Shown piece by piece: positions 1 to 11,770 of a stretch of DNA of 64,000 nucleotides (position 1 is the first letter of the stretch; every line of letters begins with the position of its first letter). The stretch comes from Psilocybe cubensis (Eukaryota), in assembly GCA_017499595.2 (NCBI GenBank), contig CM038999.1, positions 3,596,001-3,660,000 of the forward strand. Reading direction: 5' to 3'. A program made the translations under genes and the position numbers. A model generated the notes under the pieces. The model searched no databases. It saw only the letters and a program-made list of their open reading frames with translations, and was not told the DNA's origin.

Positions 1-1034
1 GTCGCACTTCCTTGGGTTGCTCCACCTCCACCACCTGCTCCTCTTCTTCTCCTTCCTTGCCCGAATGTTGAACGCTCACTCTTCTTCAACCACCTCTCCG
101 GATCAGGGGGTGGGGTGACACCGGGGATCACACCAGCTGGGATACGCGACTTTCGTACTTTTTTGACCACAGGAATGGCACTCTGACGTTCATTGGATGA
201 ACCCGCCAGTGCAGAAGCCGAGGCAATCACAGCAGCAGTGGATTGCTGTTGAGAAGGAGGCGGGGCAGACTCCAAAGTTGATGTGATTGAATTCGGAAGA
301 GCGTCCAAGGCATGGAGAAAGCCAGTGTTAATGAAATCAAGATGTCTTTGCGAAGCTTGGAGATTGGTCAAGATATCGGAATGCTCTTCAGAGTCCTTTG
401 GGAGTGACGTTAATAGGCTACTTTCAAAGGCTTCAAAACGTACTCACAGCTTCAGCAGTATCGAGTAAATCGTTATAGAGATCGAATGCTTCTTGGTAAG
501 ACCCTTCCCTGTAGCACTAAACTAGTTGTCAAAAGTAGTCGGCCATCCACAGGAAAGAGTTACGTGCCAGCTGAGCTTCAAGGTGAACGATACCCCGATC
601 GTTCTCCCCGCGTTCTCCCTTAATCGATTCCAAAATATTTCTTGCCTCAGATTCACGCTGTAGGCGGTATAAAGAGTATGCTTTTTCGTACGCATGTGTA
701 TTATCGGTGGCAATGAGGTTCAGAGCAGCGTTGTACTGCTCAGTCTGCAATAGAAGGAACAATTTGGTCTGTCGTGCATCGGCATCTGTGGGATCCAAGC
801 GCAGTACTATATTCAATTGTTAGCCAGGGTTCTATACTGTAAAATTAATGACGCACTCTTATCGCATGTCTTTACCGCGTTGCTGAAGTGTCCACCATCG
901 ATTTGGGCACACAAGGACGTGAAGAAGCGCCTCAAGCGTTCGGCAGTAGATGGCTGTTGCTTAGGTTTTCCTTTATTATCTTTCCATGTTGGCTTATGCG
1001 TAGGAGGAGACGACTTGGACGGCTTTGGAGGCAT
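1..1034 (-). CDS. SRP72: Signal recognition particle subunit SRP72 (multi-exon; 3' end runs off the window)
   Basis: ATG at 1034 (MPPKPSKS...LCAQIDGGHFSNAVKTCDK). TPR-like exons follow (TKLFLLLQTEQYNAAL; YEKAYSLYRL; VHLEAQL). Bases ~1-170 on the minus strand read KKVRKSRIPAGVIPGVTPPPDPERWLKKSERSTF...GATQG, the SRP72 RNA-binding PDPERWL motif. Confidence 0.9.
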
Positions 1035-1150
1035 TGTGGAGGAATGTTGTCAAGAATAATGCTGGCGAGCAACCATATCACATTCGGCCGTCGTCTGACA
1101 ATTTCCCACGACTTCTGACGCATCTCTTCCCCGACCACCAACCTCAAATC

Positions 1151-2293
1151 ATGTCTTCGGAAGAGTATGTGTTCTCCTGTGCACTAGTTCACTTAATTCT
1201 AAGACCACCGAAACATTAGGAATCCCACTCCAGAGCCTCAAATGGACGCAGCAGACGCACCGCAATCGCCTAGGGAAGCTACTCAAACAACGGGGGATAC
1301 CAAGAAGCGTCCGCGGTTGGACCTTTCTGCTGCCTTGGGTGGGAGAGAACGTAAACGCGGTAAAAGCATGTTCGGAATTCTTGTCGGAACCCTGAATAAG
1401 GCCAAAAATGAAGATAAAGAGAGAAATGCAAGCGATGCTGTATGTCTATGGTTGGCTAATAAACAAGCGCGTTCCTGACCATTGCTTATAGGCAAAAAAG
1501 AGGCAGTTAATTGAACAGAGACTACAAGCTAAGCTGCGAAAAGAAACTGATTCTGTCAGGAGAGCCGAGGACGCGAAAAAGGACAAAACTACAGCGAATA
1601 GGAAAGAGGAGGACCTGCAGCTGAAGGATTCAATCGTATGTCTTTTAATTTCGACATGAGTTTTATTCTGATGTGTCTTAGTATAAACTTCGTCGCACAA
1701 GACTACCACTATTGGCCAATTTCTTAGTAACTTCGGATGTGATCCCCATAGACGAATCATCACCCCCTTCCACGAATCCATTGATGCCCGTTCCAAGATC
1801 CCACCCTCCGCCACTATACTACCTCCCAGCAATTCTCACACCTACGCAGAAGGCATTTTTAGCAAAACGCAAAGCAGAGGCAAGCATCATGGCAACTTTT
1901 CTCACATCAATCATTTAACTTTCCGTACAGGTGGATGAGGCTGCCGAAAAAGAATGGGAGCAATTCCGTGACGAAAGGTCCGCAGGCATTGAAGAAATCA
2001 AACAACTTCGTCAGCGTGTAGCAGAAGCAGAATCAAAACAAAAGGCCGATAAAAATATGGACAAAGACGACATGGAGACCGATATACCCTCACATAACGA
2101 TGGAGCACCTCCATCTGCAACCGTTGAAGACGCTGCTGATGCAGGTACGATCAAAGAAGCCCCGATGGATGTGGATGATACCCCGGTAATAGCTAAGGAG
2201 GCATCGAAAATTTCTGCTGCGGCCAGCGAACCAGAGAAAAAGGATAATTCTTCTGCTATGCAAGCAGACGACGATGACGCTGTAGAGTATTAG
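1151..2293 (+). CDS. Pinin/SDK/memA-domain protein (splicing/EJC-associated)
   Basis: Spliced ORFs give ERKRGKSMFGILVGTLNKAK...KKRQLIEQRLQAKLRKE...LANFL...PPPLYYLPAILTPTQ and an acidic tail ending DDDDAVEY* at 2293, matching the pinin_SDK_memA motif pattern. Confidence 0.8.
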
Positions 2294-3277
2294 TTTTTAG
2301 GTCAAGGTGCGTATTGTCATTTACTTCACATGTTGGAGGATGTTAAACTCAACAAATATGTCGCAGTATTGACGTTTTGCTGATTTTAGTGCGTTATTTC
2401 TTTTCCTTTCTTCGTTCTCACCTTTTTCCTGTGTGTACGAAAGTATATCGTCATGTATATATATCAGTGATCCATAGTAATCCTTTTTTCATCTCATTTG
2501 ATTCAGCTCCTTCAATTTCCCGGATATATGCAATTATCCAAGTTTGATCTCTAACACAACAAGCAGCTTCAATTTTGGTCCATGGCTGGGACGACACGGC
2601 TTGTAAACCCCTTCATCTGTATAACAAGCGCCTTTTGCAGTAAAATCGGATAAATAAAGACGGTAGACGGAATCACTGCATGTCACCTGAGTGAGAGGTC
2701 GAAAATCTTGGCAATCTACTATGGGTGATCATTTGTGCGGATTGGACATTCATTCGGATTGATGGGTTGGTCAACAGCAAAATTTATAACTCCGAGTCGT
2801 GCCGACCATACGATCGCTCATAGAAACGCGATGCCGCTTGTTAACTCAGATTGATGGCAATGATGGGAGGTGAGGGGAAGTCGGTTTGGACATTCATTTG
2901 TTCTACCCATTTCCTATTCATTTTCTGTCAATTTTTTTATATTTTCATGCAGATAGTATACATTAGAATGTATGTACCGATTTTTATGAGGAACGGAGCA
3001 CAGGATCTTGAGATCCGAATCAGTGTCCAATCCGAACAACTGATCACTCATAGTACTGTGTCAACTTCGACTCTAATGTTCAGGATACGTTATCGAATCT
3101 GTTCACAGAACCTTCGGCAAATCCTCATCATAGCACCACCACATGGTATCGCTTGGGGGATTTCTCTGTTTCAATGACACTAATTCTCCGATATCTCCAT
3201 CTTAAGGATACAGCGTGAAGAACAAGACTTATATAAACAGTCCCCGTTGTAACAAGGAAGGATTTCTAGGCTCCAGT

Positions 3278-3863
3278 ATGATATCTTGCTCCTTCAACAG
3301 AGTTCTGTGCTTAATTATTCTTGCTCCAACGATATCGGTGAGTTTTTCCAACTTCCAGTCCAGCGTGGAACGTATCACTTACCAGTTCCGGCTTTGAAAT
3401 TTAGCTAGGCTCGGTGCTTACGGGCACCGATGGCCCGACTGTGACACCTACCCCCCCTCCAACAACCACAACTGCATCGACGAGCTATCCTGCACCGAGT
3501 TGCTGGACAACCACCCTGGTCACACTTCTACCCTGGCAGACCGGCGTTCCCTTGGTAAGTCATTGTACCATATCATCGTCATAAATTTTTCTCCAATATA
3601 CGGTATATGACCTGCTTAGTGGTGGCAATGCGGAGGTTCGTGTATTATGGGTGGTTGGTCTCAACTTCTGTCTTACTTAACGCGACAACAGGACTGGGAT
3701 ACAGTGGCCCGAATGTCTGCGGTAGTGGGGCTACATGCGTCTGGATTAACCAGGTAGGTCTCTCGTAATTATGTTGCAATACGTCTTCTACCCTGCTAAC
3801 CATCTACATTGAAAGTATTATTCCCAGTGCCAACCAGTTCCAGGTCCGTGGCCATTCCTCTGA
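3278..3863 (+). CDS. Small secreted protein: signal peptide, Thr/Pro linker and a single CBM1 cellulose-binding module
   Basis: Manually spliced exons 3278-3337, 3405-3554, 3620-3635, 3692-3753 and 3816-3863, all with GT..AG introns. They encode MISCSFNRVLCLIILAPTIS-LGSVLTGTDGPTVTPTPPPTTTT...[45 protein letters not shown], a canonical CBM1 (QCGG..Y.G...C..G.TC...N.YYSQC). Confidence 0.85.
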
Positions 3864-6032
3864 TATTCTGGCCGAAGGAACACCTTGAACTGATCTATTT
3901 GCGTTGCTGACCATTCTAGTGACTCAAACACTGACAGTATGTTCATGAAGGATTTTGGCAAGATTGCAAACGTGATCAGCATTTTGGTGTACTGAATGCA
4001 GCCTCAAATCGTGAATAAATCCATAATTTTTTAAAGAAAAAGAGAACAATACTCGAAGCTCCTCTTCAATATATTTAAACAAATTCCAAAGATAAACAAA
4101 ATACCCTGAAGATAAACTAATTTCCGCTTATTTTCCTAAATTTTTGAAGGATAATTCGGAAGTACTTGTTCAGAACGCATCGAGATACCTACATAAGCCA
4201 CCTAAGAAAATTGCGACACAATCCAATCAACACAACACTATGAAGCTGATATTTTGATATGCTTGGTTCTTGTGGTGCAGTATTTGATTCCATTGCATAG
4301 TTTATGGCCATTGTGATGGCAGTTGATATGATCATGATCCACATCATCTAACTGCCGGTGCATATTCACCAACGATGCCTTGAGAAAATGACGCCTGGTA
4401 CAGCGCCTGTCTTGTGTATTTTCCAACTTGTAGAGCAAAGAAGGAAATCGGATGCAATACCATATGATTGGAAGAGTCTTCTATTCATTTCTCATTGTGA
4501 CTTTTCGACGTACATCCTGAAGGTCTCGTCTTAAACGTGCGTGTATGCACGATCAATGCGTCTTCAGCCATCAAATATGGAAGGCGCTTATGCAAACTGG
4601 TAATTTAAAACGAAACAATGCTTCTTGAATAAAAACTGCAAAGGTATTATAAACTATTATGGACGATTGATTTGTTACCCATGCCTGGAATTTAGATGTT
4701 CGAGGTAACCACCTTCCATTGAAAAATGAATCGATACAAAGATACAACCGTCATTTCTGTAAAGTAACACCATTATTATAAAACAAGAATAGCGTAACGA
4801 AAGGTAAACGTGCGGCCATGGAGAATGTTCCAAACCCCTTGTTCGCGTCCATATATTTGTTTAAGCGAATATTGTCATCGTTATATATAGGCATCTATTA
4901 ATGTTATTATTCGATCCCTATTCTTCCCAGGCGCTAATTTCAGACTAGTGGATTTGGTGGATCCTGCAGGATATCAATTACATCAGAGTAGCACACACAT
5001 CATTCTCCTAACATAGGTATGTGTTATAGTTTTGTCGGTGACGACACAGTCAAAGTAGTAACTCGAATGGATTAAAACACATTGCACATTGGGAAAATGA
5101 CCTGTTCGCAAGTCACTCTCTATTAATATATCGGATGCATGTGGGACTCATAGACTAACAACAGTACCGGGCATGGAGAGAAATTTATGCAATGTTATGC
5201 GTTTATGTGCACAACTCGATTAAAGAATGCAATAGATTTTTGTGGTTCCATAATATCTACTGCATTTTTTACTGGTCGTTGATGTCAATCCCAGTTGTAC
5301 GAAGCATATTGTCGAATATTCTGACATCGCTCATACAATCTCATTAAATAAAAGGGGAATAACACGACTCCATACTAAAGTTGGGACGTTCAGTAGACGA
5401 TTGAGGTACTTCGGAACCTGCGGGCGCTATGATTCTGAATAAGTGTCTGATTGAAACACGTTTACTTCATTACAACTTCAACATAAAGAGTGTCAATTTA
5501 GTGCTCCCAGAGCAATGGGCGCAGGGCAAAAATGGAATGGACGCAACTTCTCTCAGGTATATTTAAAGGTTCATAGTCTCACGCATTGGGACTTCCAGGA
5601 ACTTGGGAAGAGGCTGCTTACTATGCAGTACCAAAGAAAGATTTGGAAGTAATGTTCATATAGGAGTTATTGGAGCCGATTTCTCCTATCTCGAGGAAGA
5701 GTGTAATCTCCGAGCCAGGTTCCAGTCAAGTCCGGTCAACTTCACTATTATCTAGGGAGTCATTCCTAAACTTATACAATTAAATTGAGTCCTTGACAAG
5801 GGCGTCACGTCGACCTACTTGGAAAATCTTATGAGCCTATGTTATTTTTTGTCCCAGTCCAATATTTAGAACCAAGTCAACAAGTCATGAGAATCAGGTT
5901 ACGTCTACAATTGGTTCAAGATTCAACTTCAAATACCCAACAACATTCATCGAAACTTGAAGATTCGAAACTGAGTTCGACATAATTTCTATTTATGCAG
6001 TGTTCAGGTAAGCGAACAACACATTTCAGAAA

Positions 6033-6237
6033 TTCAATATATATGGTACTACAGGGAAAGAATACAAAGGGATAAAAAGATTAAATTGAAATAATGTATC
6101 AATGAGGAGGCGCGAAGCGCCGACGGGGTCCAGGGGCGCAGCCCCCGCGAGCTGTTGGCCCGTCAGCGGAAGCAAGTGGGTGAGCGAAGCGAACCCCACG
6201 GCGCGTAGCGACGGGTCAAAAAGCTCGTTCAATATAT
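6033..6237 (+). mobile_element. Short non-autonomous element with a hairpin-rich, Helitron-like 3' terminus
   Basis: GC-rich island at 6109-6227 in AT-rich DNA, with several GNA-triloop hairpins and an imperfect inverted repeat (6148-6164 / 6210-6227). It ends GCGACGGGTCAAAAAGCTCG|T, resembling Helitron hairpin + CTRR|T ends. TTCAATATAT occurs at both 6033-6042 and 6228-6237. Confidence 0.5.
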
Positions 6238-8980
6238 TATACATTGGATCTGACAAATGAATTTTCAAAACTTCATCATATTCGAGTCATATCGTTCGAC
6301 GAAAAGCAAAAGAAGTCCAATTTCAGCCAAATTTCAGCCACGCAATAAGTTTGGCTTTGTATGGGCTTGTGTGGCCATCACCGACATCGAAGACAGAAAC
6401 GAACAAGAATGAACACAGCCACTTCCACTTGATACCCCCCTTCTCCTGTCACTCACGTCGACCACAAATTTTTTTCTCTGATATTGAACATGAACACCTC
6501 CCATATCCTTGACTCAGTGGGCACAGTCAACGTGTAATTCCGTGATGATCGATATTCCTAGAAGATTGTTACGAAAAATGCCTGCGCTCTGAATCAACGC
6601 ATCCAACATCGGTTGAGGGCTTGTTTTCCAAGGGGCTTCGCGGTTAGGTTAGGTTTTCGATTTGACTGCCCAAATCTTCATGAACTTCTTATCTTGAAAA
6701 GATCTCTCACGACACCACTACACGTCCTATACAATGGAAACCGCGCATTGGGCCTAAAATGGCTTAACTTCTAACAGGCGTTCATTAATGTGAGTTCGAT
6801 TTCGGATCCGGATCGTCGACAGCTACGTTTACGTTGGACCTTTTCAAACATAAATATATGTGCAAATTGCATCACCGTGGAACCAGTTCTACATCGCAAA
6901 GGCCAAATCACGTTTCAAATATGAAAGCGTTTGAATGTTGCATTGGTGCGCAACATTCTGGCATTTTTGGAGGAGACTGACTGTAGTTCCAAATTGATCT
7001 GGAAGGAAAGATTTGCATTATCACATGTTGAGTATCTGGACTTGCTCTGCCGGTGCCGCAAGGGCCATATTTTCATTGCAACTGACTGGTCACCTTCATC
7101 CATCAAATCCAAAATCATCACACCTACCGAAAGCCACCACACGAGTTTTCCCACTGGCAATCATTCACGGAGTTTAATTTCCAGCTAAAGATGTGTCATA
7201 CATTCTTCAATTTCTCCTAACATCCTGTGGTGGGGTATCTGCTTCACATCAAGAAAGATGTCAAATCTTCCAGCATTCTCAATTCATACGGAACCATAGT
7301 CATTCCCAACGAAATGCGATAAACAAGTGGAACGTTTCAGCCATAACATATTATGTCTCCTCACTTCGATTTATTGGCATCTGCTGGCCTGTGGAGAGAT
7401 CGTCGACACTATCTATTCCATTCAGCCTGATAGGTCATTTCCACATCTGCCATGCATGGTGCGCGATAACGTCAAGATAGACTGCATGGATTATATTCGA
7501 GATCCATCTCAACAGGTTTCTCTAATCATTTTGCGTGTCCTTCGTCAGATTCATCGAATGGTAGGTCTTTCTTTCTCGGCACAGCTCAATTGTACAGTTT
7601 GTACTGGCTCGACGTTCCGCAATTTCTCCAACTTTGGCTTACCTCGGGACTGGTTCCTAATCTGTTTGTTGTTTCTTCTATTGTGGGGGCCTCGATGTCT
7701 TTTGTGGGCAACAAAAGTATACCCGCTGTGATGTCAACACGTTCCCAGAGAAGGAACGTTGTGTTTCTTTTTCCAACCTGTTCTGTTCAACAAACAAACT
7801 GTCTTCTGCGATCTTTGCCTGTGTGTTGTTATTTGGGTCGGAGCTCAACAATTATACACTATTTCCCTTCCCTGCCGATCGCTTTCATTGGGCTGGCTTT
7901 AGTTTCCAAGTTGAGACCGTGGTCATGATTTCTCTGGACTAATGCAGCCCATGTACACTCTCTGCAGTCTCCTCTAGTCGCTATGTTGAAGTTAACTGTG
8001 TTCCTGTTAATCGGGCGGCGTTCCGCCACTAATTATATCTCCTTTGGCTCTCGTTTGGGCGCAAGCTTGGCGAAATGCAAGTGCAACCAGGATTGTCGAT
8101 GCTTGTCATTATAAGTAGAAAGGTGCACCATAACGTTTTCTGCCTTTTATGGATGGCATGGGACCTGTGCTCGGAATGACCACTGTTGAGCACGGGTTCA
8201 GCTCTTCTTTACTCGATGTTTGTATGCTTTTTCGAGGTGTGCACGAGGCCAACTTATAGTCGTCAGAAGGCTGCCTTGTCCAATTTCCACCTGATGTGAA
8301 GGAGGCAGCCGTGATACGATAATGGTATACCCTTTCATGAATAGCCTCAGTGTAGCACATTTTCAACGAGTATGAAGCACCGCAAATGCTAACTACAAGT
8401 GGCTCAAAAGTTTCCCCGTGTTCAATGGCAAGTGGTCGCCGCTCGCCGTCTGCTGCGTTCATATATCAATCTACTATGCACGTCTATTTATAGACGAAGC
8501 ATTACGCAGAGTGGAGTCGGAAGTATCTGAGTACAATAAAAGATGGATGATAATAAGGTTCTTTCCATCGTCTTAAATCGCAAATACTGCTCGAGTACTG
8601 TTTACGCTGAGGAGAAGTGGCCCTTAGAATTGGTGGATTGTTGGTATGTCTTGTTCAAAAGACGGCGTTAATTCTGAAAGTTCTGTGGATCTACGGGGCA
8701 ATCAACGTTTTACGAAACCATCATGTGTCGGATGCGGCAAGTCACTGGCCGCTAGCTACTCTGGCCGTGCGGCCGTCCCTCTGGCCTATGGCAGGGCTAT
8801 GCCGAGTTCGACATAATGGTCATTTTATTGATGTTGGTCACTACATACGTAGCTAGGTAGTTCTTATTATATCCTTTAACTCACAGGGTCATGTTGTGGC
8901 TTTAATTCGGCTGTTCGACATCCCTTTCTTGCTCTCCACCACCCATCACACGCTTTGCCCATTCCCTCTGCTGGCGTACA

Positions 8981-11770
8981 ATGGCTGACCGCCCCTACTC
9001 CCAGGCGTCCCAGCCAGACTCTATGCACAGGACTAACTACACTCCTTTACCTCTTAATGACGCCTCTTCTTTTGCTCGTCCGCAGCCACATTACACAGGT
9101 TATCCTGAGGGCATGGATTCCCCACGCGATTCCTACGTTCAGTCGGTTGCTGACTCCCATACTTACCTTCCAACAAGAACCGAAGGCTACTACAATGGTG
9201 ACAATGGTGGATATGGAGAGAAGGCGGCGCCTCTCGTCACTCCGCGCACCAAACCGAGACGCACCGGGCGGTTCATCATTATCGGTGTAATTCTTTTGGT
9301 TGTTGTTGCCGCGGCGGTTGTCATTCCCCTTTACTTCGCCGTCATCAAGCCACATAATGAAAAATCTACGGGCAACTCTAGCGGTTCTAGTGGAGCTACA
9401 GGTACTACCACTGGTGCCAATGGAAAACCTACTCCCGTTTCCGCCATCGTCAGTGGAGGAGATGGCACAACGGTCACGACTAACAATGGATCAACTTTCA
9501 CTTACAATAATCCTTTCGGTGGAATCTGTAAGTCTCCAATCCCAGCCACGATTTCTTAGAAGCATTATACACCCAACGGCGATTTCCTTGATGCCTACGT
9601 TCTCTAGAGCGCATCTGCTTGTCTATTTCCAGACAGCGGGCGGTTGCATGAGCTTCTGCCCATCAATCTATTTTTTCATACATCGCTGACCACAGTTATC
9701 ACCTAGGGTATTCCGATCCTGATGACCCCTACAATAACAATGCTTATCCCAACTCATGGACGCCCCCTCTGAATCAGAGCTGGGACTTTGGTAGCATGCG
9801 AATTCATGGGTACGAGCCCACCTTATCCCCGCAATGTTAGCAGTCCCAGTTTAACGCATAACGTTGACGTTCACTAGTGTAAATCTTGGCGGTTGGTTTG
9901 TGCTAGAGCCATTTATCACCCCCGCTCTGTACCAGAAGTACCCTGGCGCTGTCGACGAATGGACGCTCAGTACTCTCATGGCAGCCGATACAGCCAGCGG
10001 GGGCCTGAACCAGCTAGAGGACCATTATAAGACGTTCATTGTGCGTAATGCCTCGTGTCATGTCGACCACATATTGATTAACGTTTCAATATAGACTGAA
10101 GAGGATATTGCCCAAATAGCAGCGGCCGGTTTAAGCTGGGTCAGAATACCGATCCCATACTGGGCCATCGAAGTATGGGACGGCGAACCTTTCCTTGCCA
10201 AAACCAGTTGGAAGTAAGTCGTAGCCGATAGTCATTCTCCGAGGATGCGGCAATAATACTGACACCTTTCAAAGGTATATTGTACAGGCACTTCAGTGGT
10301 GCAGAAAGTATGGGCTCCGTGTGAAACTAGATTTACACACAATTCCAGGATCTCAGAACGGTTGGTTCTTCTACTTTCTCACATGTCGGTTGTCTTAACT
10401 GTATGTAGGCTTCAACCACTCTGGAAAGGATGGCCAGATCAACTTCCTCCAGGGCATAATGGGCATTGCTAATGCGCAGCGGGCACTGAACTATATTCGA
10501 ATCATTACTGAGTTCATTTCGCAGCCCGAATGGCAGAATGTAGTGCAAATATTTGGGATCATGAACGAAGTTCAAGTCAAAGTCATTGGCATGACTGAAG
10601 TTCGCGGCTTGTGAGAGACATTTATTAACCTTCCTGTGTCTCATTCTAACGGTCATTAGCTATGTGGAAGCTTACGAGATGATCAGAGGCATTACTGGTA
10701 TCGGTAAAGGGCCTTACATCAGTATTCACGACGCTTTCCTTGGGCTCCAAATCTGGGAGGGATTCTTGGAGGGAGCTGATAGGGTTATGCTCGATACTCA
10801 TCCCTACTTTGCATTTGATGGTGGAGCTGCAACTGATCCCATTGACACTGGAGTTGGCCCAGGAGCGGGAGGAACTTGGCCACAAGCTGCATGCAACCGA
10901 TGGGAGAAAATCATGAACACTAGGTAAGGATGGCAGGTTGTGTTTGAGTAACCTCTTGCTCACGTTGCATCCTAGCCGTACCAACTTCGGTGTTACCTTT
11001 GCTGGAGAGTTCAGCAACGGTTTCAACGACTGTGGATTATTTTTGACCGGCGTTGGCGGCTCTACCACGTATGGCGGCAACTGTCAGGATTGGCAAGACT
11101 CCTCACAATGGACTCCTGGAACTGTAGCTGGTCTTTTGGCCTTTTCTTCCGCCAGCATGGACGCCTTACGAGATTGGTTCTTCTGGACGTGGAAAGTATG
11201 GGAATTCCTTTTATTAGTTCATTATTTGCGATGTTGACGCATCATCGTCACCAGATTGCTCCCTCGAACAGGGGGATTGTTGAGTCTCCACTTTGGTCAT
11301 ATTCGCTCGGTCTTGCAGGTGGCTGGATTGCCAAAGACCCAAGAACGGTTGTTGGGTCGTGTGGTCCTTCTATAGGCCCCGTTTTCGACGGCACATTCGA
11401 GCCTTGGATGACTGGCGGCGCTGGTGCCGGCACTCTTGACCCCACTGAGACTGTTCAGTACCCATGGCCACCTGCGTCTTTAGTTGATGGCAATATTCCT
11501 AGCCAAATGCCAGTCTACACCTCCACCGGATCAGTTGTCACTCTCCCAATGCCCACATTTACCGATAGGAAAGGGAAACCTATTGATGCTACTGCCAATG
11601 GGTGGTTTAACATCAACGACAACGCTCTGGCTCCAACAACCATTCCGGGATGTCCATATCCAGATCCTTGGAATGCACTCAACGACACACTCCCAGCTGG
11701 TTGCCCGACAGGCGTCGCAATGGCTATTCCTGCAGTGATTACACCACCTCCGACTCGACGCGGGTTATGA
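8981..11770 (+). CDS. Membrane-anchored glycoside hydrolase family 5 exo-1,3-beta-glucanase (ExgD-like)
   Basis: N-terminal cytosolic region, then a TM helix (FIIIGVILLVVVAAAVVIPLYFAVI) and a Gly/Thr linker. GH5 motifs follow: GVNLGGWFVLEPFITP, DEWTLS, WVRIPIPYWA, DLHTIPGSQNGFNHSG, acid/base IMNE, DTHPY, nucleophile AGEFS and WFFWTWK. Confidence 0.9.

Noticed and set aside
4050-6030. AT-rich interval as the body of an autonomous Helitron
   Set aside because: No Rep (HUH) or Pif1 helicase motifs could be read, and there is no long ORF.
6900-8500. Short ORFs upstream of the GH5 gene as a gene or pseudogene
   Set aside because: No coherent spliced model or recognisable motif; possibly decayed sequence.
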